A program made the translations under genes and the position numbers. 62,237 nt of DNA from an uncultured Lachnospiraceae bacterium. GTDB lineage: Bacteria > Bacillota > Clostridia > Lachnospirales > Lachnospiraceae. A model generated the notes under the pieces. That model saw only the letters and a list, made by a program, of their open reading frames with translations. It had not been told where the DNA came from and made no database searches. Shown here one piece after another: positions 1 to 8,157 of this stretch. The stretch is taken from assembly GCA_910584115.1 (NCBI GenBank), contig CAJTYN010000002.1, positions 1 through 62,237 on the forward strand. The letters are read 5' to 3'. The stretch's first letter is position 1. Every line of letters starts with the position of its first letter.

Positions 1-22
1 ATTATCTGGACAAAATAAAAAA

Positions 23-103
23 TGCGGATGACAGGACTTGAACCTGCACGTCATGAACACCAGAACCTAAATCTGGCGCGTCTGCCAATTCCGCCACATC
101 CGC
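23..103 (-). tRNA. tRNA-Leu (anticodon TAG)
   Basis: Reverse complement GCGGATGTGGCGGAATTGGCAGACGCGCCAGATTTAGGTTCTGGTGTTCATGACGTGCAGGTTCAAGTCCTGTCATCCGCA folds as a cloverleaf: acceptor GCGGATG/CATCCGC, anticodon arm CCAGA-TTTAGGT-TCTGG, long variable arm, TTCAA T-loop. CCA is not encoded. Confidence 0.96.
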
Positions 104-132
104 ATATCAACGATCATCTATCAACAGGGCAT

Positions 133-162
133 ATTATAGCATTTATAAAAATAGCTTGTCAA
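133..162 (-). promoter_or_regulatory. sigma-A promoter for tRNA-Leu
   Basis: On the minus strand, TTGACA (162-157), 18 bp, then TGc-TATAAT (138-133). Confidence 0.8.
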
Positions 163-195
163 TAAGAACTTCCATTTGGAGGCCAGAAAAGTTGG

Positions 196-224
196 TTGAC
201 AAATGACACCCCATACTATAAGAT
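196..224 (+). promoter_or_regulatory. sigma-A promoter for the MBOAT operon, divergent from the tRNA promoter
   Basis: TTGACA (196-201), 17 bp, TAAGAT (219-224). Confidence 0.65.
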
Positions 225-363
225 GTAATTGAGAGTAGGATCGAGTCGAAATATGGCAGACAGGCAGTCATGGAAGGTCCGCGCTGGGGAGCGGTATGGA
301 TCGGGAGCCATGGAGTGCATATGCCGCAGAATGTCTGCATCGGGGAGTGTCAGGGGAGCATAA

Positions 364-1797
364 ATGGTATTTGCGAGCTTATTTTTTGTATGCTTTTTCT
401 TTGCGGTCTGGTTGGCCGTCTACAGCAGTGTTTCTACGATCCGTAGGAAAAATATCGTGCTGCTGGTGTTTTCTATGATCTTTTATGCCTGGGGAGGCGC
501 GCAGTATGTGCTCCTGCTCGTGGGGATGACATTTGTAGCATGGTTGAGTGCACGGAAGATAGAATGGTACGGGGATCGGCCTTTGCGTATCGTTCTTTTT
601 ATTTCTGCATGTACGCTCCTGCTCGGGGCGCTCTGCTTCTTCAAATATACTGGATTTTTCTTGGAGGGAGTCCGGTTTTTGTTCGGGGTGCCAGAGGAGA
701 TCCCGGCCATCGTCCTGCCTATAGGGATCTCTTTTTATACCTTCCAGCTGCTGTCCTATGTGGCGGATGTGTACAAGGGAGAGGTGAAGGCCCAAGAGAA
801 GTTCTGGATGCTCCTGCTCTATGCGGGGCTGTTCCATCAGTGTGTCGCGGGACCCATCGTGCGGTACAGCAGCGTCGCTGCAGAGCTGGAGCATCGGCGG
901 GCGAAGATGAGCGAAGTAGCGGAGGGCGTCTGGAGGTTCGCAGTGGGACTGGCCAAGAAAGCCATCCTGGCAAATGGGTGCGCTCTGGCGGCGGATACGT
1001 TCCTGCCCCTTGACGGAGCATCCTTGAAGGATATCACAGTGGCGGCTCTGTGGATCGGGGTCGTCAGTTACACATTGCAGATCTATCTGGATTTTTCCGC
1101 CTATTCTGATATGGCGATCGGCATGGGACTGATGATCGGGCTGCACTATGAAGAAAATTTCAATTATCCATATATAGCCGATTCGGTGCAGGGCTTCTGG
1201 AGGAGATGGCATATCTCCCTGAGCAGTTTTTTTCGGGATTATGTGTATATCCCTCTTGGCGGGAGCCGCAACGGGGAACTTACGACGGTCAGGAATCTGC
1301 TCGTCGTGTGGGCGCTGACCGGATTGTGGCACGGGGCCGCCTGGAATTTTGTGCTCTGGGGCCTGTATTATTTCTGTTTTCTGGTCCTGGAGAGGGCTTG
1401 CAGGCGCAAGGGCTTTCGGCTCCCGCCTGTGGTCCGGAATATCTACACGCTGCTGGTCGTGGCTTTTGGATGGGTGCTGTTCCGTTTTACGGATCTTGCC
1501 GATGCGGGGGCTGTGTTCAAAGGGATGTTCGGCTTAAATGGCAACGGCCTTACGGATCTGGAGACGAAGATCTTTTTTCAGAACCATTGCTTTTTGCTGC
1601 TGTTCGGAGCCCTCTGCTGCACACCTTTCATATCCATGCTCCGGGAGCAGTTCCGGCATGTGGGCAGGCTGTGGGAGGGGAGAGTCGGGCGCGTGGTATA
1701 TCTGGCAGGTGCTCTGGTGCCGGTGGCGCTGATCATCCTGTCGGTGATGGCCCTGGTGGGCAATAGCTACAATCCGTTTTTGTATTTTCAATTCTGA
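364..1797 (+). CDS. MBOAT family O-acyltransferase (AlgI/DltB/PatA-like)
   Basis: Motifs LPIGISFYTFQ, QIYLDFSAYSDMAIG, ENFNYPY, FWRRWHISLS, TGLWHGA and C-terminal NPFLYFQF. Confidence 0.95.
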   Translation: MVFASLFFVCFFFAVWLAVYSSVSTIRRKNIVLLVFSMIFYAWGGAQYVLLLVGMTFVAWLSARKIEWYGDRPLRIVLFISACTLLLGALCFFKYTGFFLEGVRFLFGVPEEIPAIVLPIGISFYTFQLLSYVADVYKGEVKAQEKFWMLLLYAGLFHQCVAGPIVRYSSVAAELEHRRAKMSEVAEGVWRFAVGLAKKAILANGCALAADTFLPLDGASLKDITVAALWIGVVSYTLQIYLDFSAYSDMAIGMGLMIGLHYEENFNYPYIADSVQGFWRRWHISLSSFFRDYVYIPLGGSRNGELTTVRNLLVVWALTGLWHGAAWNFVLWGLYYFCFLVLERACRRKGFRLPPVVRNIYTLLVVAFGWVLFRFTDLADAGAVFKGMFGLNGNGLTDLETKIFFQNHCFLLLFGALCCTPFISMLREQFRHVGRLWEGRVGRVVYLAGALVPVALIILSVMALVGNSYNPFLYFQF

Positions 1798-1813
1798 CAA
1801 GAGGAGGATCTGA

Positions 1814-3163
1814 TTGGAAGTCCAGACAAAACGTCAAAAACGTAAGGAGAGGGAACGGAAGAGATACCATTATTATCTGAAGATGGAGATCGGTATGTTC
1901 CGGTGGACGATACTCCTGTTCTGCCTGATCGGGCTTTTGCTGCCCCTTCGCCCGGAAAAGTCTAATGTAGAGAAGCGGGATCTGGAGAAGTTCCCCAGAC
2001 CCACGGTGAGTGGGATCCTGAAGGGGGATTTTTTTGCCGATGTGAGCACCTGGTATGCAGATACGTTCCCCTTCCGGGAGAGACTGCTGACGGCGAATGC
2101 TGCGGTGGAGCGGCTCTATGGGTTGGGGAAGGAGCAGATACATGGCAGTGTAGGCACGGGAGACGAGATCCCCACGGAATTTACGGGAGCGGATGAGAGA
2201 CCGGAGGATACGCTCTCGGATGATGAGTCCGTGGCCCAGGGGGACGAGGGAGACGGTACCGTCCATGTGGTGCCGGAGAGCGCGGGGACGATCTACATAG
2301 CCCAGGATAGGGCCTTTGAACTGTATTATTTTGCGCTGGATCCGGCAAATCAATATATCAATATGATCAATGATGCGGCACAGCTGCTGAAAGGGAAAGC
2401 GACGGTCTACGATGTGCTGGTGCCCACGTCCATCGGCATCTATCTGGATCAGAAGATCCAGGACTCACTGGGCTGCAGCGACCAGTCCAAGGCTTTTGAG
2501 TATGTGCTGGGCAATCTGGATCCGAGCGTGCGGGGGGTCCGCCTGTTTGACACCCTTGTGGAGCATAACAGCGAATATCTGTATTTCCGCACGGACCATC
2601 ACTGGACCGCGGATGGGGCGTACTATGCCTATCAGCAGTTCTGCCAGGAAAAGGGGATCGATCCCATCTTGAGGGATGAGCGTCAGATCCAGGAGTTTGA
2701 CGGCTTTGTGGGCAGTTTCTATTCCTTTGGGGACCAGGCGGCCGTGCTGGCGCAGAATCCGGATCATATCACAGCGTATCTGCCGAAGAGCACGAATGAT
2801 ATGACTTACACGGGGACCGATGGTGTCACGATCGACTGGCAGGTGATCTCGGATGTCTCTCAGTATGATGCAGGGAATAAATATTCCTGTTTCATAGGCG
2901 GGGATAATCCCTATTCGGTCATCCAGAATCCCACCCTGCAGGACGGATCTTCCTGCCTGGTGATCAAAGAGTCGTATGGGAATGCGTTCGTGCCCTTCCT
3001 GGTGGACCATTACCAGACGGTCCATGTGGTGGATTACCGTTATTTTGAGGGGAATATCCCGCAGTTCGTAGGAGAAAACGGGATACAGGATGTGATCTTC
3101 ATCAACAATGCGGATGCACTGACGGAAAGCGCCGTCGGCTATATGGAAGGATTGTTCCAGTAA
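1814..3163 (+). CDS. DHHW family protein (AlgJ/PatB-like extracytoplasmic O-acetyltransferase partner)
   Basis: N-terminal TM helix, EKRDL, YFRTDHHWT, KESYGNAF and VVDYRYF motifs; directly follows the MBOAT gene; TTG start with SD GAGGAGG. Confidence 0.88.
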   Translation: MEVQTKRQKRKERERKRYHYYLKMEIGMFRWTILLFCLIGLLLPLRPEKSNVEKRDLEKFPRPTVSGILKGDFFADVSTWYADTFPFRERLLTANAAVERLYGLGKEQIHGSVGTGDEIPTEFTGADERPEDTLSDDESVAQGDEGDGTVHVVPESAGTIYIAQDRAFELYYFALDPANQYINMINDAAQLLKGKATVYDVLVPTSIGIYLDQKIQDSLGCSDQSKAFEYVLGNLDPSVRGVRLFDTLVEHNSEYLYFRTDHHWTADGAYYAYQQFCQEKGIDPILRDERQIQEFDGFVGSFYSFGDQAAVLAQNPDHITAYLPKSTNDMTYTGTDGVTIDWQVISDVSQYDAGNKYSCFIGGDNPYSVIQNPTLQDGSSCLVIKESYGNAFVPFLVDHYQTVHVVDYRYFEGNIPQFVGENGIQDVIFINNADALTESAVGYMEGLFQ

Positions 3164-5374
3164 GGAGGTCTTATGCACGAAAGAGCAGTCAGTATCATCA
3201 TCCCCTGTTATAACGTAAAAAGATATCTTCCGCGCTGTGTGTCGTCCCTCTTATCTCAGACGATCGGGCTGGAAAATATGGAGCTGATCTTTGTGGACGA
3301 TGCCTCCACGGATGGCACGCTGGACTACCTGTATCAGATCGAGCAGCAGTATCCGGAGGAAGTCATGGTGGTCACGTATCCTGAGAACCAGGGACTGGGT
3401 GCGGCCAGGAATATCGGGATGGGCTACGCCACGGGAAGATACATCGGGTTCGTGGACGCGGACGACTGGGTGCATCCGCAGATGTATAAAGAGATGTATG
3501 AGAAGGCGGAAGAGACGGGATGCGAGCTGGTCAGTTCCTATCCATATCAGACGAGCGATGAAAAGGACGAGGCTCCAGGGCGCATCCAGGATGAGAGCCG
3601 CGACCGGCTGTACCATATCCAAAATGATGCCCAGCGCAGGGAATTGCTGGCGGCGGGGATGAGCATATTCGGCACGGTAAATGTCTGTAGTAAATTATAC
3701 CGCCGCAGTCTCATCGAGGAGGATGATCTGCGGTTTGGGGAAGGATACGCGTTTGAGGACCTGTATTTTTCCGATATGGCGGCGTTTTATGTAAAGAGAT
3801 TCTGTGTCATGCAGGCACAATATTATGATTACTACATCCGTCCCGGCAGCATCATGACGACCATGGACTGTGAGAGATGGTATGAGCAGAGAAAGATCAT
3901 GCAGGTCTGGCTGCAGGAATGCATGGACAGGGGGCTGTTCAGGGTGTATCCGGATGAAGTCGAACTCATATTCGGACGGGATTATTATGTGAGCAACCTG
4001 CACTATGTATTTACCCGCGGCAGGGGGGATGAGGATGAGATCGTCCACAAGACCCAGATGGTGACGAAGGCTTTATTTCCAGAGATAGAAAAAAATCCCT
4101 ATATCCTCCGCGACGGCGAGGCGCATGTGCGGAACTGCCAGAAGAGATTGTTTGCGTATGTCTCCAAAGGCTTCGCTCCCGGTGAGATCTGGCGTGTCCG
4201 GGAGGATTATCTGAGAGACGCCCTGGAATTGGTGCATAAAGAGAGAGCCGAAAAAAAGTAAGGAGGTCTTATGCAGGAAAAAGCAGTCAGCATCATCATC
4301 CCCTGTTATAACGCGGAGGAATATCTCCCGCGCTGTGTCTCATCCCTTTTAGACCAGACGATCGGTCTGGAAAACTTGGAACTGATCTTTGTGGACGATG
4401 CCTCCACAGACGGCACGCTGGAGTACCTGTATCAGTTGGAACAGCAGTACCCCGAGGAAGTCATGGTGGTCACATATCCCGAGAACCAGGGGCAGGGCGC
4501 GGCCAGGAACATCGGGATGGGTTATGCAACGGGGAAATACATCGGCTTTGTGGACGCGGATGATCAGGTCCTGCCGCAGATGTACGAGGAAATGTACCAA
4601 AAAGCCGAAGAGACGGGGTGCGAATTGGTCGGATCTTATATATCCAGGTCGGCGGATGGGAAGTTATGTGCCCGCGGGCGTTTCCAGGATGCGGCCTACG
4701 ATCAGGTATTCTGCGTGCAGGATGATCGGCAGCGCAGGGAACTGCTGGCAGGCGGGATGGGGATATTCGGGACATTGACTGTCATGTGTAAGATCTACCT
4801 GCGCAGCTTTCTGGAAAAATACCGTCTGCGTTTTGGGGAAGGGTATTCTCTTGAGGATCTGTATTTCTCGGATATGATCAGTTTTTATATACACAGGTTC
4901 TGTGTGATGCAGGCGGAGTATTATCAATACTATATCCATCCGGGCAGTACGATGACGAGCATGGATCTTGCAAAATGGTCGGAACAGAAGCAGATCATGC
5001 AGGTCTGGCTGAAAGAATGCATCGACAGGGGACTGCTGGAGACCTATTACCATGAGATCGAGCTGATGTTCGGCCGGGACTATTATCTGAGCGATCTGCA
5101 CTATGTATTTACCCGCGGCAAAGGGGGCAGGGAGGATGAGGCGGTCGTCCAGAAGAGCCAGAGGGTCATGAAGGCCCTGTTTCCGGATATCGCGCAGAAT
5201 CCATATATCCTGCGCGAGGGAGAGGACTATCTCCGGGACTGCCAGAAAGACCTGTTCGCATATGTCTCCAAAGGCTTCGCGCCGGGAGATGTCCAGAAAG
5301 CCCGGGAGGAGTATCTGAGGAAAGCCATGGATCTGGTGCAGAAGGAGAAGGCAAAAGAAGAGACTGAAAAAAAG
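3159..5374 (+). repeat. Diverged tandem duplication of the GT2 gene (period about 1098 bp)
   Basis: Identical junction AGTAAGGAGGTCTTATGCA precedes both genes. Long shared DNA blocks include CTGATCTTTGTGGACGATGCCTCCAC, AGATCATGCAGGTCTGGCTG and CTGCACTATGTATTTACCCGCGGCA. Confidence 0.85.
3173..4261 (+). CDS. Glycosyltransferase family 2
   Basis: VSIIIPCYN, FVDDASTD, GLGAARNIG, GFVDADD and FEDLYF motifs. Confidence 0.93.
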   Translation: MHERAVSIIIPCYNVKRYLPRCVSSLLSQTIGLENMELIFVDDASTDGTLDYLYQIEQQYPEEVMVVTYPENQGLGAARNIGMGYATGRYIGFVDADDWVHPQMYKEMYEKAEETGCELVSSYPYQTSDEKDEAPGRIQDESRDRLYHIQNDAQRRELLAAGMSIFGTVNVCSKLYRRSLIEEDDLRFGEGYAFEDLYFSDMAAFYVKRFCVMQAQYYDYYIRPGSIMTTMDCERWYEQRKIMQVWLQECMDRGLFRVYPDEVELIFGRDYYVSNLHYVFTRGRGDEDEIVHKTQMVTKALFPEIEKNPYILRDGEAHVRNCQKRLFAYVSKGFAPGEIWRVREDYLRDALELVHKERAEKK

Positions 5375-6289
5375 GAGATCATAGAAAAGCCGAAGATCAC
5401 GGTCATGCTGGCGACGGATAAAAACTACCTCCACCCGGCCATGGTCCTGATCACGTCCCTTTTCTGGAACCACCGAGATCAGCAGGTAACGGTCTATCTG
5501 CTGTATCGGGGATGCGATGCTAAAGATCTGGACAAGATCCGTCTGTTCGCAGACAGATGGCCGGATAAGGAGATCTGCTGTATCGAAGTCCCGGCAGAGC
5601 GGCTTACGTCCCTGAAAAGCTTCGGGAGATTCTCGACAGCCACTTTTTTCCGGATCTTAGGGATGTCCCTGATCCCCGAACAGGTGGAGCGCATACTCTA
5701 TCTGGATGTGGATATGGTGATCAATGGGGATCTTTCAGCGTTGTTTTTGCGGGAGATGAAAAAACCTCTGGCCGCTTGTTATGATATCAATAACCGCCTT
5801 CAGGGGAACATCGAGTACCACAGGGAAGCTTTAGGGATACCGGCGGGATATCCGTATTTTAACGCGGGCATGCTCTTTATGGATCTGAGATACATGCGGG
5901 AAAATGATGTGGCGGAGCGGCTGCTGGCGGATATCGAGGAACATTTTGACGCGTATTCCTTGGTGGACCAGGATGCGCTGAACAAGTTTTTTTATGAAGA
6001 CGTGGAATTTCTTCCCTGGCAGGCGTACAACTGTCCCTGTGTTCCATTTATTTCCAGGCATCCGGGGGATCAAAAGGGTGAGGCGCTCATCACCTATCCG
6101 GAACTTTACAGCCAAAAAGGGGCGTTTCAGATCCACGATATCACAGGAGCGCTCATGGAAGATGCGCGCATCATACATTTCTGCACAGCACAGAAGCCAT
6201 GGCGGGACAAGGATCTTTATGAGCAGGAGAATATGAGAGCGGCCATGCGCATCTACCAGGCGTATGAGGAAATGTATGAAAAAACATGA
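4271..6289 (+). CDS. Bifunctional glycosyltransferase, GT2 N-terminal plus GT8 C-terminal
   Basis: The N-terminal half is paralogous to the upstream GT2. The C-terminal half has GT8 motifs ATDKNYL, RILYLDVD, YFNAG, DQDALN and IIHFCTAQKPW. Confidence 0.92.
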   Translation: MQEKAVSIIIPCYNAEEYLPRCVSSLLDQTIGLENLELIFVDDASTDGTLEYLYQLEQQYPEEVMVVTYPENQGQGAARNIGMGYATGKYIGFVDADDQVLPQMYEEMYQKAEETGCELVGSYISRSADGKLCARGRFQDAAYDQVFCVQDDRQRRELLAGGMGIFGTLTVMCKIYLRSFLEKYRLRFGEGYSLEDLYFSDMISFYIHRFCVMQAEYYQYYIHPGSTMTSMDLAKWSEQKQIMQVWLKECIDRGLLETYYHEIELMFGRDYYLSDLHYVFTRGKGGREDEAVVQKSQRVMKALFPDIAQNPYILREGEDYLRDCQKDLFAYVSKGFAPGDVQKAREEYLRKAMDLVQKEKAKEETEKKEIIEKPKITVMLATDKNYLHPAMVLITSLFWNHRDQQVTVYLLYRGCDAKDLDKIRLFADRWPDKEICCIEVPAERLTSLKSFGRFSTATFFRILGMSLIPEQVERILYLDVDMVINGDLSALFLREMKKPLAACYDINNRLQGNIEYHREALGIPAGYPYFNAGMLFMDLRYMRENDVAERLLADIEEHFDAYSLVDQDALNKFFYEDVEFLPWQAYNCPCVPFISRHPGDQKGEALITYPELYSQKGAFQIHDITGALMEDARIIHFCTAQKPWRDKDLYEQENMRAAMRIYQAYEEMYEKT

Positions 6290-6320
6290 TCTTCTACTGG
6301 TATTTTGATCCGATCTGTGG

Positions 6321-6408
6321 TATCATAGATACATAAAGTCCATTTTAGAGTACCTCCTATAATTGAGTTGGGCACAGATGCCATTCAAGACTTAGGAGGT
6401 CTTCTTTT
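6321..6408 (+). ncRNA. Candidate small RNA, attenuator or elaborate terminator with anti-SD ACCTCCT
   Basis: Extended -10 TGg-TATCAT (6318-6326), a long imperfect hairpin ACCTCCTA...TAGGAGGT, and a competing terminator AAGACTT/AGGTCTT followed by CTTTT. Confidence 0.4.
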
Positions 6409-6488
6409 GTGCTGTCTTCCCGCCGCAGGTTCATCTGTACTTTTGCTGCGTCTGATAGTATAATAAGAAAAAGGCGGGAGGAAAGAAC

Positions 6489-7304
6489 ATGTTGAATGGA
6501 TTTTCAAGGATGGAATCTCTGATAGGCAGAGAAGCGACCGATGGACTGAGCAGAAAGAGGATCGCGGTCTTCGGACTGGGCGGCGTGGGATCATTTGTGG
6601 TGGAGGCCCTGGCCCGCTGCGGGGTCGGGAGCCTGACACTGGTGGATCACGACACGGTCGACCTGACAAATATAAACAGACAACTTTACGCCCTCCATTC
6701 TACGGTGGGCAGTCCCAAGACGAAGGTGGCCAAGGAGAGGATACGCGACATCGACGAGAATATCCTGGTCCATACGTACGAGACTTTTTATAATGAAGAC
6801 TCGGCTCATATGTTTGATTTTTCGGCATATGATTATGTTGTGGATGCCATCGATACGGTCTCGTCAAAGCTGCTGCTCATCGAGCAGTCGAAGCAGTCGA
6901 AGACGCCGATCATCTCGTGCATGGGGACGGGCAATAAGTTGGATCCCACCAAATTTGAGATCACCGATATCTCGAAGACCAGTGTCTGCCCGCTGGCGAA
7001 AGCGATCCGCACAGAACTGCGCAAGCGTGGGATCCGGAAGGTCAAGGTACTCTATTCTAAAGAGAAGCCTGTCAGACGACATGGACAGATGCAGGAGGGA
7101 AAGAACATACCGGGGAGCATTTCCTTTGTGCCCAGCGTGGCGGGACTTTTTATCGCGGCTGAGGTGGTCAAGGATCTGCTGCCAGATCTGGTGCCTGGTA
7201 AGATGGGAAATAGGAGCGAAGCGGAGCAGGATGGAAAATTTAAGCGGTTTGTTTCAAGAGATCATGGACAGCAAAAGGGTCTTGGCCCGGGAAGCGATGA
7301 GTAG
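6489..7304 (+). CDS. tcdA: tRNA threonylcarbamoyladenosine dehydratase (ThiF family)
   Basis: GLGGVGS, DHDTVDLTNINRQ, VVDAIDT, SCMGTGNKLDP, TSVCPLAK and GSISFVPSVAG motifs; the tail overlaps murB. Confidence 0.9.
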   Translation: MLNGFSRMESLIGREATDGLSRKRIAVFGLGGVGSFVVEALARCGVGSLTLVDHDTVDLTNINRQLYALHSTVGSPKTKVAKERIRDIDENILVHTYETFYNEDSAHMFDFSAYDYVVDAIDTVSSKLLLIEQSKQSKTPIISCMGTGNKLDPTKFEITDISKTSVCPLAKAIRTELRKRGIRKVKVLYSKEKPVRRHGQMQEGKNIPGSISFVPSVAGLFIAAEVVKDLLPDLVPGKMGNRSEAEQDGKFKRFVSRDHGQQKGLGPGSDE

Positions 7305-8157
7305 ACATACGACTTTTCATATCGGCGGGCCGGCGGACTATTTTCTGCTGCCGCAGGATGCCGAGGAACTGGGGAGGATCATCCAGGTCTGCCAGAGGGA
7401 GCAGATCCCCTGGGCCATCATGGGCAATGGCAGCAATCTTTTGGTCAGCGACCGGGGGGTCCGGGGCGCTGTCATCCAGATATACCGGAATATGGCGCAG
7501 GTCTTTATAGAGGGATGCAGGATAAGGGCGCAGGCCGGCGCGCCCCTCGTGGCCCTTTCAAAAAAAGCCATGGAGGCGTCCCTGACCGGTCTGGAATTTG
7601 CCGGAGGGATCCCGGGGACGCTGGGCGGCGCGGTGTCTATGAACGCGGGCGCCTACGGCGGCGAGATCAAGGATGTGCTGGCGGAAGTACGCGTACTCGA
7701 CCGGTCCGGGCAGATACGCACCCTGCCGGCAGACCAGTTGGAGATGGGGTATCGGACCAGCGTCATCAAGACGAAAGGGGACATCGTCCTGGAGGCGGTC
7801 CTTTCGCTGCGCCCGGGGGATGCAGGCGAGATCCGGGCCGTCATGCAGGATCTGGCACAGAAGCGGGCACAGAAGCAGCCGCTGGAGTATCCCAGCGCGG
7901 GGAGCACGTTCAAACGTCCAGAAGGCCATTTTGCAGGAAAACTGATCATGGACGCGGGGCTCAGAGGTTATCGGGTGGGGGACGCGCAGGTCTCGGAGAA
8001 ACACTGCGGGTTCGTGGTCAACCGCGGCCACGCGACCTGTGCGGACGTACTGGCCGTGATGGAGCATGTGCAAAGAGAAGTCAGGGAACAGTTCCATGTG
8101 GAGCTGGAACCGGAAGTGCGATTCTTGGGTGATGAGGAGACAGGATGCGTTTTGTGA
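7231..8157 (+). CDS. murB: UDP-N-acetylenolpyruvoylglucosamine reductase
   Basis: HTTFHIGGPAD, GNGSNLLVSD, GIPGTLGGAVSMNAGAYG, QPLEYPSAGSTFKRP and SEKHCGF motifs. Start moved from 6793 to ATG 7231. Confidence 0.95.
   Translation: MENLSGLFQEIMDSKRVLAREAMSRHTTFHIGGPADYFLLPQDAEELGRIIQVCQREQIPWAIMGNGSNLLVSDRGVRGAVIQIYRNMAQVFIEGCRIRAQAGAPLVALSKKAMEASLTGLEFAGGIPGTLGGAVSMNAGAYGGEIKDVLAEVRVLDRSGQIRTLPADQLEMGYRTSVIKTKGDIVLEAVLSLRPGDAGEIRAVMQDLAQKRAQKQPLEYPSAGSTFKRPEGHFAGKLIMDAGLRGYRVGDAQVSEKHCGFVVNRGHATCADVLAVMEHVQREVREQFHVELEPEVRFLGDEETGCVL

Noticed and set aside
1..103. tRNA-Leu as an island integration site
   Set aside because: Only 22 bp downstream of it are visible; no integrase or duplicated tRNA 3' end was seen in the window.
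4250..4273. A-AAA-AAG before the first GT2 stop as a fusion signal
   Set aside because: The next gene is in frame 0 and the -1 frame soon reaches TAA. The downstream gene has its own strong RBS, so neither frameshift nor read-through is needed.
6793..7304. 454-aa murB ORF and the 74-nt tcdA/murB overlap
   Set aside because: The upstream part is an alternative frame of tcdA. The overlap is best explained by a non-conserved tcdA tail, and no slippery site was noticed.
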